In this document: in pieces, positions 1-17,201 of the stretch | Position numbering within the stretch: position 1 is the stretch's first letter | Layout of the letters: each line of letters starts with the position of its first letter | DNA from: the human T2T-CHM13v2.0 reference genome, Homo sapiens | Length of the DNA: 64,000 bases | Direction: 5' to 3' (one strand) | Assembly (NCBI RefSeq): GCF_009914755.1 | Contig: NC_060926.1 | Program-made: the position numbers and the translations under genes | The notes under the pieces: model-generated | The model's input: the letters and a program-made list of their open reading frames with translations, nothing else | Told to the model about the DNA's origin: nothing | The model's database searches: none

Positions 1-249
1 TTTATCTAACCAAAAATATTACAAGGCTATGAGAAAACAGTCTCTCATACAATTCTGGTGGCAGTGCAAAATGGTCCAACCTGTACAGAGAACAATTTGA
101 CAATTTCTCTGAAAAGTACACATCTACCCTTTGAGCAAGCCACCCACTTATGTGAATTTATCTTACTGCTATACCTGTACATGTATGCAAATGACGGCAC
201 ATATGGGCCATTCATTACAGCAATGAAAACACTTTTACATAACTGATAG

Positions 250-4055
<3,806 letters not shown>

Positions 4056-5428
4056 AAAATACTATTTATCTCAGGGATTCTTAGGTGATAATTACTGACA
4101 TTTACATAATTCAGCTTATACACATAAGCTGGTATGATCATGTACATAGTAATGTTCATGATGTTCCTAATGTCCATTATTGGAATGTACAGTAAAGGAC
4201 ACAGATCAAACCACAGTCGTTGTAAAGATTAAATCAGAGGCTTAGAGGTCAGTGGTGGAACATGGACCTGGAGGGCTGGCTTTAAGTCTCAGGAGCTTCC
4301 TATGGATGTGGGTAAACACTCCTTTTTCTAGACATCTCAAGTGTTTTATCCTCTATTAAGCTTTTCCTGACAGCCCATCAGTGTTCTCACTGACCCTGTA
4401 GTATGGCCTGCAGAAGCCTGGGTTCTACATGATTATCATCACTGCCATGCCTCATGTTCAATTCAACTTAGTAAACCCCAGTTGAGTGCCTTCTGTTTAC
4501 TCCTTCAACAAGTTTCCTCTTTATCATCAACTTCTCTGGAAAACCTTGTCTGACTCCTCCAGGCTGAGTAGGAACCCTCTTCCCACTGAAGACTGCACAC
4601 CACACCTACGTTTAGCACTTGCTGCAGCATCTCGTAGTCTTTGGCTCACCCACCCCTCCTTCTTATCTGCCTGTGAGCTCTATGTCAGGGAGAACGTTGT
4701 GTTGCTCATTTGTTGTCCGGCACGTGTCCAGTGTCAGTCGCACTGCTGGCTCTGACAGAGCACTTGGGAAGCACTATGCAGGAGGTACTGGGTGAATTTC
4801 TAGGGAGATAGACATAAATGTGATGCCATTTTACTCTCAAGGAACTTACAACCTAGTTAGAGAGATAGACACATAAGCCACTAACTGTACCATAGTGCGA
4901 TCTGTTTGTTTAAAAGCTGTGGCAGAGAAATGTGCCACGTTGGAGTGAATAAGAAGCATGGTATATACATGATGTGCAGGGTGGAATTTGGTAAGTCCCA
5001 CCTTTCAGGAACCGTCAGTTTGCTAACCTGGACTTCATGAGAGTGTTTAGTATGTATCATAGCCATGTGGAATGGGAAATTTCTGGACAATCCAAATACT
5101 TCAATCAATGACATCAATAAAGACTCACTGAGCACCAGTGTATAGGCTGAAGTGTTTTACAAGAAGCAAAGAGTAAGCATAGCTTTTGCTTTTAAGATAG
5201 TAATCTTCAGATGAGAAAACATACCATGAAGGCCTAGAAAGTAAGATTTTTTTCAAAGAGAGCAAGAAAGAAAATATTGGATAAGCACCAACAAGGAAGT
5301 CTGTGATGAATTATCAACCCAAGGTCATACCTATTGAAATGGAAGAACATGGACCTCATAGCACTTTTCTGTCCCTCCCATCCCACAGAGTGGTGAAGCT
5401 GTACAAGATGTGGAATGGACAGGTTTGT

Positions 5429-6510
5429 TGATATGGTTTGGATGTTTGTCCTCTCCAAATCTCATGTTGAAATGTGATTCCAAATGTTGGAGGTGGGGCC
5501 TGGTGGGAGGTGACTTGATCATGGGGGCAGATCCCTCATGAATGGTTTGGCACCATCCTCTTGATAGTGGGATTATTATCAAGTTATTTCATGTGAGATC
5601 TGATTGTTTAAAAGTCTGGAACCTCCTTGTTCCCACTCTTGCTACTGCTCTCACCGTGTGATTCCTTGGCTTTGCCCTTTACCTTCTACCATGATTGTAA
5701 GCATCCTCAGGCCCTCACTAGAAGTCCAGCAGATGTTGGTGCCATGATTATACAGCCTGTAGAACCATGAGTCAGTTAAACCTGTTTTCTTTATAAATTA
5801 CCTAGCATCAGGTATTTCTTTTAAGATACCTGAAAATGTGGAAGCAGCTTTGGAATTGGGTAATGGGCAGAGGTTGGAAGAATTTGGAGGGCTCAGGAGA
5901 AGACTAGAAGGGAAAGTTTGGAATTTCTTAGAGACTGTTAAATAGTTGTGACCATAATGCTCATAAAAATATGGGCAGTGAAGGCCAGGCTGAAGAGGTC
6001 TCAGATGGAAACAAGGAAGTTATTGGGAACTGGAGTGAAGATTGCCCACGTATGCCTTAGCAGAGAACTTAGCTGCTTTGTGTTTGTGCCCTAGGAATCT
6101 GTGGAAGTTTGAACTTAAGAGTGATGACTTAAGGTATGTAGGTTGAAGAAACTTCTAAACAGCAAAGCATTCAAGAGATGGTGTGGCTGCATCTAACTAA
6201 AGCTGAACTTAAAATTAAAAGGGAAGCAGAGTGTTAAAAGTTTGCAAAATTTGCAGCCTGGGCCCATGGTAGGGAAGGAATCCAAGCAGCCTGTGGAGCA
6301 ACTACTTGCTAGAGAGATTAGCAGGACTGAAAGGGAGCCAGGTGTTCATAGCCAAGAAAATGGGGAAAAAGGCCTTGAAGGCACTTGAGAAATCTTCAAG
6401 TCAGCCCCTCTCATCGCAGCCCCAGAGGCCTCAGAGGAAAGAATCATTTTGGGATCCAGGCCCAGGGCTCTTGCTGCCTTATGCAGCCTTGGGATACTGC
6501 TCCCCTCATC
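5429..6510 (+). mobile_element. MaLR MST-type LTR (~5429-5822) plus MST internal sequence
   Basis: Begins tgatatggtttggatgtttgtc...ctcatgttgaaatg and continues into internal gatacctgaaaatgtggaagcagctttggaa. Confidence 0.85.
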
Positions 6511-6529
6511 CTGGGGTGGAAGGGGTCAG

Positions 6530-6777
6530 TTCTGGGGATTAGTGCCCTTCCTCATAAGAGAGACCCCAAAGGACATCCTTGCTTCTTCCCCATGTGAGAA
6601 CACAGTGAGAAGACAGCCATTGATGAACCTGGAGGCAGGCCCTCACAAGACACCAAATCTGCTGGTAACTGGATCTTGAACCTCCCAACCTCCAGAACCA
6701 TGAAAGATCCATTTCTGTTGTTTGTAAGCTGCCCAGTCTATGGCATTCGGTGATAGCAGCCTGAATGAACTAAGACA
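6530..6777 (+). mobile_element. MaLR LTR 3' half (MLT1A/MSTC-like)
   Basis: gggattagtgccctt...cccagtctatgg...atagcagcc...actaagaca terminus. Confidence 0.8.
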
Positions 6778-8004
6778 GTCCTGCAGCCCAAACTTCAGGG
6801 AAGCGTAGAAGATGCCAGTTCACCCTTCTCCCAACATGCCCCCTGCATTCCAGACTGTGTGGGACAAAAGCCAATGACCAGTGCATCTGAGTGGAATGTC
6901 TTTTCCAAGAGCTAGTAATGCTTAGATTTGAATTTTCCAACTTCATTGCCCCAAAGTGTGAAAAACAACACCTTTACCCTATTGAACAAAATGTTTATAC
7001 AGGGATTCCAAGAACCTGACGGACCCCTGGGGTATAAAAAGCATTACATCCCAAATGTTTTGGTGTATACCAATACTAATCCTGTCATCTCAGAGAACAA
7101 GTTGTGGAAACACACATCCCTGGGGCCCCAAATCTGACCCCCACAGATAAGGGCGAGCATCCCTTCTGTACAAACGTGAGGTGATCTTAAAACCATACAG
7201 CATTAGAAAGGATAAAGGGCTTAGGGGGCACCTAATTCATGCCACAGGTGATAAAACTGAGGCACGTTCAGGCTTGTAAAGATGAGGTAACTCCCCCAGA
7301 GACAGCAGAGAGACAGTGACAGAGCTGTGTCCCAAGCTCAGGGCTCCCAACCATCCTCCAGCTCTGATTAGGAGGCCTGATGCTACCCACCCTGCCGCTT
7401 CCACTTCTCTCAGCCAGGCTGGAATGTGGCGAAAGCCACAGGCCTAATTTTAGGATTCAAAAGCAATTAGGGGAGAGCTGACAAAATCTGATCTGGGTGA
7501 GGATTCTCGTGCTGACCTGTGATGTGGGTTATCATACACTAGCTCAGGAGACCTTGGTCAGCCAGACCAGGTCAGCTTTTCTCCTGGAAGACACACAGCC
7601 CCTGCACTGCCCCATACGCAGTCTTGCAAATTGGTAGATAAGTGTGCCCATGACCTGGTGTACATTATAAGACACGGTCTTTTCCAGCTCCTTGCAGAAA
7701 AGCCAACCCCAACCAAACCAGCTGGATAAAGGGGACTCCTCTGCCCTCACCTCCTAACACTCTCCCCTTTTCTCACTCTGTTCCAGCTGCCCTGCCTCCT
7801 CTGTTCCTCAAGTATGACTGGCAGGCTCCTACCCCAGGGCCTTTGCACATGCCACTCTCTCTGCCTGGAGGTTCCACACAGCCACAGGGCTCACTGTGTC
7901 ATCTCTCTGCTCAAGTGTCAGCTTCTCAGTGAGGTGGTCCCTGACTGCAATCACTCCTCACCCCCTGATCTTTCTTCTTTTTTTTAATAGCACTTTTCAC
8001 ATTT

Positions 8005-8165
8005 ATACACATGTGCTTAAATTTAAAATTAATAAAATTAAGCACTCAGTTCCTCATTTGATTAGCCACAATTAAGTGCTCAATATGGCTACAGGCTATC
8101 ATACTCAAGAGTGTAGACATAGAACATTCCCATGACCACAGAAAGTTTTATTAGATCACACTGAT
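8005..8165. mobile_element. hAT-Charlie MITE fragment (MER3/MER33-like)
   Basis: tagccaca...aagtgctcaat...tggcta...atagaacatt..catgaccacagaaagtt. Confidence 0.65.
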
Positions 8166-8409
8166 TTAGGAACAAGTTGGTTTTTCCCTCTGACCTTGGG
8201 ATAAAGCAGTCAGTGGCTAGAAAGTGGTGCAGACAACTGAAGAACGGGAGCCGTGGGAGACAGTGACCTGGCAAATAGTCAAAAAGGAGTTAGGCAAGGA
8301 GAGGGGACCTGGGATTTGGCAAGTCACAGGAATAAAACTCATTGTGCTCGACTAACACCCTGCCTCCAAAATGTATCTAGGGATTAAGAGTTTTTAATTA
8401 TTATATACT

Positions 8410-8740
8410 TTTTTATTGAGGTGTAATTAGCATACAATAAAGGTACAGATTTTAAATGTTGAATTTGATAAATTCTGTCAATGGTAATACCAGTTTAACC
8501 ATCTGCAAAACAAAACAGAATATTTCCATGACCCCCGAAGTTCCTTCACGTCCCTTTCTCAGACCCCTGCAACCACATTCTGACTACAATCACCATGGAT
8601 TAATTTCTTCTACTCTTGGATTTTATATAAGTGGAATCACACAGTATGAATTTGGTGGGGGAGGGGGACTTAGACTTCGTTTGTCAACATCATGTTTTTG
8701 AGATTCATCCATCTTGTTGCAGATATCAGCTGTTGATTCT
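8410..8740 (-). mobile_element. L1M 3' UTR fragment
   Basis: ttttttattgaggtgtaatt...gaatatttccatgacccc...tttgagattcatccat. Confidence 0.75.
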
Positions 8741-8836
8741 GTATCATCCTGGAGTCTTACTCTAGCTATTTGTTTCATGGCCCTCCCCCGACAGGTTTAT
8801 TATAATTCCATCTAAATGCTTCCCATCGACACCAGG

Positions 8837-9195
8837 TGATATGATTTGGCTACATTTCCACCCACATCTCATCTTGAACTGTAACTACCACAATTCCCAT
8901 GTGTTGTGGGACAGACCTAGTGGGAGGTAATTGAATCATGGGGGGGGGGGAGCTTTTCCTGTGCTATTCTCCTGATAGTGAACAAGTCTCAAGAGATCTG
9001 ATGGTTTTATAAAGGGGAGTTTTCCTGCACAAGCTCTCTTATCTGCTGCAATGTGAGGCGTGCCTTTCACCTTCCACCATGATTGTGAGGCCTCCCCAGC
9101 CACATGGAACTGTGAGTCCATTAAACCTCTTTTTCCTTGTAAATTACCCAGTCTCAGGTATGTCTTTATCAGCAGCGTGAAAATGGACTAATATA
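8837..9195 (+). mobile_element. THE1-family solo LTR
   Basis: tgatatgatttggct...aaatggactaatata, with a 5-bp TSD-like pair ccagg/ctagg. Confidence 0.92.
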
Positions 9196-11235
9196 CTAGG
9201 CTTTTTTATTTCAGTTCCCAATGGAGTTGGGCCGTTGTTGATGCAAGGACAGGGGAAGGAATAGGAGGGAAGCTGATGGGGTCTAACGCTCCCTCATTAT
9301 GTAGGAGATCATCTCCCTTCATGACATCTACACATTCAGGTCAAAATATCAGAGTGACATGAGCTGAGATGAAAGTGCTGTGAGAACCATTTCTCCCGTC
9401 AAAGTCCACAAGCAGCCTTGAAGATGGCTGGTCCACTCACAGAGCAAGACCTCGGGGGTCAGGATGTCTCAAGGCGACCTTCCACCTCCTCCAACGTGCT
9501 CAGCAGGAATGAACCCCACCATCTCTCCCCATCACTCCCACCTGATACTCCATATACCAAAATGGAGGTGGCGGTGAGAGTGAGCATCTGTAAATAAAAT
9601 TCCACCTCCTGATTAATTCTCATCTTCAAAGAAAATGTTTCTAGCTGGTCATCAGCCAATAGCAGTTTCCAACATTGTGACATCAAGTTTCTCTGTCCTC
9701 GCCACCACCCCCATTTTCCCATACAGTCTCATCTCAAAGATAAGACAACGATGAGTTGTTATTAATGGTGTTGCTCACAGAAAAACCTCATGTAGAAATA
9801 AAATGCTTTTCTGCAGGGCCAGTTGTCACCTCCCACTTTAAGCTTATTCCTCATCAAGGGTGACACCAGCAGTCATAAACCCAGGTCACGATGAACTGTG
9901 GCCACTGACACTGAGCAGAGACCATGTCTGAAATCCCAACCCACCCTTTCCCCTAAAGACCAACACTTCCTTTTTCATGAGATGTGAGCCAGCAAGCGGA
10001 ATAGGAGGCTCACTTGCTTATGCCTGCAAAAAGGCGTCCTCTGCCTTCCTAATGAGGACAAATTCAAGCCATCCTGACACTACATGTGTTAGAGTATTAC
10101 CCAGGGAAATGCTAATGCTGGCTGAATAGTAAATGAATATTGATTTATGGCCCCAGGTGAAATTGAAACAGTCACTCTTGTCTTGAGAACTTTTCATCAC
10201 CACTTTCCCCACCCCCAACCAGCAGATGAGAAAAGCTGGCAGATGTAGAGGAAATTTCGCCAAGCCTGAGCCCTCCATTTCCCCTGGTTATTAAATTATA
10301 TTGACAAGTTACCATGGATTCACATTCAATGGCTTTACAATTTTTAAATTAGCATCAGACCATTTTGATGTCTGGAGGGTCAAGAGTTGATGTTTAGACA
10401 AGCAGGTGAGCAGCCAGAAAGTTCCCCAGCCAAGAGACATCAGGTTCGTCGGTGGGCTTCCCAGCAGACTGGGGTGCCTTGGTCCCCGGCATTTTCTGGC
10501 CGGCTGGCCAACCTGCCAGGTGAGGCCCTGCAGAGCACCGAGAAGGGAGCAGACACTCAGCTCCAGGGGCACCACAAAGCTGAGGCTGGCAGGGTCACAG
10601 GAAGCCACAGCAAAAGGTAAGGCAGCAGCGGCCGAGGGCTACGACCAGCTCCGTGATAATGAGGGCACTCTGAGGCGCTTGGCTGCCTCTTCCAAGACAT
10701 AGCCCAGCTTCTGGTCAAGGAAGCACCGTCAGTTTGCTGTTTTCTGATACAAGAGAAGGAATCAGAGTCTCGGGGACAAGCCCTCCAACCCCTGAAGGTT
10801 GCCACGGAATCTGAGATGAGCCACCCTGGCTGGGCTCACACACCTCCCTCCCCTGGTGGCCGTCGGGCATTTAAAGGACCAAGCACAACATCCCCTCATC
10901 AAGCCCCTCGCAACACAGAGGCACCGCCATTCCTGAGGAACTCTGCTCAATGACAGAAGTAGGACCTCTGGTTGCCTGCTTTTGCTCCCTGCATTGGTAT
11001 GAACACCACACCAACACCCCAGTATCAAACTAGAGTTGCTTAAGTTACAGTAATAACAACACAAGCCCATACTATTATTTAATGCCCATTAGAAAGGAGG
11101 CTCTTTTCCAAATGCTTAATAAATGATTCAATTTTATTTGAAACATAACTGTCACAAGACCCCTGCGAGGTGGAAATTCTGACCCTAAAAAGTTAAATAA
11201 CACTCCTGCCCCCCGGCCTTAAGATCACCCAGCTA

Positions 11236-11710
<475 letters not shown>

Positions 11711-11789
11711 ATTTGTGTTTTTGGCAAAACCAGGACTGAAGGACATGGGTTCCAGTCAGGGTCTGAGTGCCTAGCACAACGCGTGGAGG

Positions 11790-12580
11790 AAAAAAAAACA
11801 CCCTCACCAAGGCGAATAACGAAATTCTCAGAACACCGAAGACAAACAGAAGATCTTACAAGCTCCATAGAGAAAACACAAGTTTTTTTTTCTCTTTTAA
11901 ACAAAGGATTATTAGAATGGCATTAGTCATATCAAAAACATTAGAAATTGGAAGACAAGCTGAGCATGGTGGCTTACACCCATAATTCCAGCACTTTGGG
12001 AGGCTGAAGAGGGAGGATTACTTGAACTCAAAACCAGCCTGAGCAACACAGCAAGACCCCATCTCTAGGAAATATTTAAAAAAAATTAGCCAGGCGTGGT
12101 GGCATGTGCCTGTAGTCCCAGCTACTCAGGAGGCTGAGGCCCCTGTGTGTGTAACTGACGTATATATCCATGTATTAGGAAGAGGGAACACAAAACCTAA
12201 TGCAAGAAAGGAAAAGACAAATCACTGGAGACTACAGAGCTCAGCTATGAATAACAATGACAACAATAACAACAATGTTAAATCTTGATCTAACCAAAAT
12301 AACATGTAACTATACTGGGAAGAGGGGTAATTTGGCAATGGGGGAATGGTTAAAGGGTCAACCAGAGTAGGAAGTCCATAAATCACGCTGATAACAAAAA
12401 ATCAAGCAGCAGCAACCTGCACATGTTACTTAGAGGTGTGGAGGTTGAAAGGAGTTATAAATGGCTGCTGTAGGGAGAGAGTTACTTTCTATAATAAGCC
12501 TTGTAGAACAAATGGCTATTCAAATTATATATATGACTAACTTGGATAAAAACAAAAACTTGGAAAATATTTTAAGACAG
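11790..12580 (+). mobile_element. Old L1 ORF1/HAL1-like fragment interrupted by a truncated AluJ-like element (11958-12140)
   Basis: ORF1-like gaaattctcagaacac...agaagatcttacaagc. The Alu left arm plus partial right arm is clear. Confidence 0.6.
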
Positions 12581-12592
12581 TAATTTCTGGCC

Positions 12593-13285
12593 GTATCAAT
12601 CAGTTCAACCAGAGAAAGAGAACCAGTGAGAGATACACAGGTGCTCCTTGACTTACAATGGGGTTATGTCCGGATAAACCCATTGTAATTTCAAAATACT
12701 GCAAATTAAAAATGCACTTAATACACCTAATCTACTGAACATCCTGGCTTAGCCTAGCCTAAACGTATCCAGAACACTTACATTAGCTGATAGTTGGTCA
12801 AAATCATCTAACACAAAGCCTGTTTTATAATCAAGTATGGAATATCTCATGTAATGCATTGAATACTGTACTGAATGTGAAAAACAGAATGGTTACATGG
12901 GTCCTTGAAGTATGTTTCTGCTGAATGTATATCACTTCCACATCCTTGTAAAGCTGAAAAATCCTAAGCGGAACCATCATAAGTTGGGGACCATAAGTAG
13001 ATTTAGAAACGTATTACAAGGAGTCGGCTTGTATGATTACAGGAACTGCGTAAGTGAGTCTGAAGTCCACAGGCCCAACCAGCAAGAAGGGTAGGCGGGG
13101 GTTCTCAGGTACAAGCTGAAGCTGCTGCCCGAGGCACAATTTCTTCTTCCTCCGGGAAACCTCGATCTGTTCTTAGGGCCTTCAACTGACTGCATCAGGC
13201 TCACCCAGATTATCAAGGATAATCTCCTTTACTTAAAGACAACTGATCATAGATGTTCATCACACCTGCAAAATGCCTATGTATT
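12593..13285 (-). mobile_element. MLT2-type ERVL LTR split by MER47A
   Basis: ccagagaaagagaaccagt...ttcaactgactgcatcaggctcacccagattatc...taatctcctttacttaaag. Confidence 0.7.
12638..12997. mobile_element. MER47A (TcMar-Tigger MITE)
   Basis: caggtgctccttgacttacaatggggttatgtccggataaaccc...catcataagttggggacc, with terminal inverted repeats. Confidence 0.85.
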
Positions 13286-13739
13286 GAATACTTACATATT
13301 GAAGGTTGATTTGAAAGCAAATCAACAGGTCTGATCCACAGAATCAAACACTTCTTCAGAAAGACTAGGACATACAAACTTTGGGCAAGTTTGCTTGAGA
13401 GAGAAAGCAAGAGCACAAGTAAACAAGTAAACCTTCAAAGCAACATCCAGCTGGGTGTCGGAGTGAATAACCAGGGATACATGCCCCTCACACTGGGTAG
13501 CACACCTGTGGCCTGCTCCATGAGAAAGTCCCCTTGAAAGCACTCGTTGGCCATCAGGCCTGAAGAATCATCTGAACTCTCAGATTTATAACTATCAGGG
13601 CTCCATCAGAGGTACTCACATGGCAGGGTGTAAGTTAGGCCAGAATCTGAAAGCCATGCCTAACACCTAAAAATACAATATGGAGAAGCTCTATGCACAA
13701 CACTCTTCATGCAAAATACCTTTGCCAGCTCCTGACATA

Positions 13740-16700
13740 ATTGAATATTTTATCTCCTTTCATTTAAAAATAAAACAGAAAAAAGAATTAAGTGCCAACT
13801 GCTAAAACCAAAAAGATAAACAAACTTAAAGCTCATTTACCCACCCCCAAAACCGAATGTGAACAAAACACAAGGAAGGCACTACTAACGATGAGAGCTT
13901 AGATCTAGAAAGCAAATCAACAGGTCTGATCCACAGAATCAAACACTTCAAAAACTTCTTCGAAAAGACGAGGACATACAAACTTTGGGCAAGGTTGCTT
14001 GAGAGAGAAAGCAAGAGCACAAGTAAACACTATTAGCAACAAAACAGGGCATCTAAATACAGATGGATTCGAGATTTTACAAATCACAAGTAATATGAGC
14101 AACTTTAATGCAATAAATTTGCTGTCGAAACAAAATTTGAAAATTCTTACAAAAACATGAACTATAAAATATATTGGATCTTCAAAAAGTAACAGGCCCG
14201 GTTTTACAGATAAATTCTACTAAAACTCAAAGGAATAGATAGTTCTTACGTTAAAATCAGTACACCAGGGCACGGAAAAGTAGAAAAGCTGCCTAGTTCA
14301 TTACATGTGGTACAAAGAACAAGCACTTTAGACCAATGTTACTTAAAAGCACAGATGCAAAACTCCAAACAAAATAGTAGGTTGAGTCCAGCAATAGACT
14401 GAAAGAATAATGCTCTTTGACCAAGAGGGTTTATCCCAAGAATTCAAAGATGCCTTATTAGAATATCAATTAATTTGAAATATTCACATCTTAAAGGAAA
14501 AGAAAATCTCAGTATAAACAGAAAAAGTATTCAAAATTCAATACCTATATACATAACTAACCAAACAAGCAAACCTCTTAGCAAACAGCAACAAACCACT
14601 TTTGGTAATGAAATTGAGAAGCCCTTCTGTTACAGTAAGAACCAACAGAAGGATATAGGATAGCACCCTTACCACCAACACTATATTGAAAACCTTGGCT
14701 AATAAGAAACAAAAAAGGAAAAAATATAGAATTTGAAAAGAGAAACAAAGTGGCATTATAAAACATACCCAAAATAATCCATTGATAAAAATAAAACTAA
14801 TTTTTAAAAAGTCAGCAAGGTTGCAGGTTAATGAGAACAATATTCAAGTATCATTAGCTTTCTTATGCAGTAATAATTGAGAAAATTAATTAAATACAAA
14901 CACTTAATAGCAATAAAACTCACAAAATATAGAGGAATTGCCCTGATAAAAATTTCACCAAAGGACATAAAAGAAAACCTTAACAGAGAAGGATGAAATG
15001 GAAGGGAGGATGCAATTGTTAAAGCAAGCCAATTCTCTCAGAATTAATAAATTCGATGCAACTTCACACAACACCCCAACAGGATTTTTCATTAAACTTG
15101 GCAAACCAGTTTTGAAATTCGTATGGAATATTACTAATGCAATGTTAGTCAAAACCACTTTGAAAATCCAAGAAAAGATGGTGACCAAACATTAAGACTC
15201 ATTGTAATTACAGGAATTTTAGAGAATGACTCTAGAACAAAATGGACCCACGCATCCACAGAATGGAACGGCAAGTCCAGGGACAGCTGTGCACCTATGA
15301 GAACATGGCACATGATGGAGGTGGCCTTTGAAATCATCTTGGGCAAGTTGTATATTCATCTGAGTAAAAGAAAAACCAAATTGGATCCCTACCTCATACC
15401 AAATACAAATTCTAGATGAATTAAAGATCTAATTTTAAAGTCTAACCTTTAATATCTTTTAAAAGATAATACAGGTATATATCTTCATGGCATCAGGGCA
15501 ATAGACCTTCTTAAACCTCTATGTCCTCCCTTGCCAAACAAAAACAAACCACCACAATCTCCATTTAAAAAAAAAAAAGACTGATAAATTTGATCACACC
15601 AAAATGGAAAGGGTGGGAAGATTTCTAATAGCAACAGATAGACAATATTAAAAGAAAAACTAAATATTAGGCGAAATTATTTGCAATGCACATATGTGAT
15701 GGTTAATATTGAGTGCCAACTTGATTAGACTGAAGGATGCAAAGTATTATTCCTGGGTGTGTCTGTGAGGGTGTTCACAAAGGAGATTAACATTTTATCT
15801 TGAACTCCTGATCTCAGATGATCCCCCTGCCTCAGCCTCCCAAAGTAAAAAGAGATTAACTTTTGAGTCAGTGGACTGGGAGCAGCAGACCTAATCAGCT
15901 GCCAGTGTGGCTAGAATAAAGCAGGCAGAAGAATGTGGAAGGAGTGAACTTGCTGAGTCTTCCAGCCTTCATCTTTCTCCCGTGCTGGGTGCTTCCTGCC
16001 CTCAAACATCAGACTCCAAGTTCTTCAGCTTTTGGACTCCTGGACTTACACCAGTGAACTGCCAGGAGCTCTCAGGTCTTCGGCCACAGACTGAAGGCTG
16101 CACCATCGGCTTCCCTACTTTTGAGGTTTTGGGACTCAGACTGGCTTCCTTGCTCCTCAGCTTGCAGATGGCCTATTGTGGGACTTTAGCTTGTGATCAT
16201 GTGAGTCAATACTCCTTAACAGACTCATTTTCATATACACACATATCCTATTAGTTCTGTCCCTCTAGAGAACCCTGACTAATACAACATAGAACAAGAC
16301 TGGTACCTGGAACACAGATAAATAACTCCTAAAAACCTGTGGGAAAAAGATAACAATAGATAAATGGGCAAAACATATAAAGCAGCAATTTATAAAAGAG
16401 GAAACATAAAAAGTCAGCAGATGCATAAAAATATAATCAACTTCACCAATAACCAGGGGAGAGCAAATTAAAATGAGATACCATTTTCCACCCATTAGTC
16501 TGGAAAATTGTGATAAGTTTGAAAATATAAAGTGTGGTAACGTTCTGAGAACATGAACTAGGGCAGCCACACCGAAGGGCACTTGGGAAGATCTATAAAA
16601 TGAAACATGGGCATAGTCTACGATCCAAAATCCATGTTTACCCTAGAGAAACACCATCCTCACACGGTACATACTACCATGAGAGTATGACAATGTTCAT

Positions 16701-16840
16701 TCTAACAACACTGTAATAATAAAAAACTGGAAACTACCCAAATGTCCATCAACCAGGGAATGCCTAAAGCACCTACACTTATATGATGAACAATTCACAT
16801 TATAAATATTCTAGATCTTAAGACTATGTTGAGTAAAAAA
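13740..16840 (+). mobile_element. Very old L1M ORF2/3' fragments, interrupted by MLT2A
   Basis: Degenerate ORF2 motifs (gggtttatcccaagaattcaa; ttggatccctacctcatacc; cccaaatgtccatcaac). Confidence 0.75.
15695..16286 (+). mobile_element. MLT2A (HERV-L) solo LTR
   Basis: tgtgatggttaatattgagtg...ctagagaaccctgactaataca, with a perfect 5-bp TSD ACATA (15690-94, 16287-91). Confidence 0.93.
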
Positions 16841-16851
16841 GTTGCAGTGTG

Positions 16852-17201
<350 letters not shown>

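Noticed and set aside
9459-9587. Minus-strand acceptor-like ttttatttacag|ATG opening 42 codons in phase with the TMEM163 exon
   Set aside because: The peptide does not resemble the next TMEM163 exon (DDFLFSVS...). Such cryptic acceptors are common and there is no other support.
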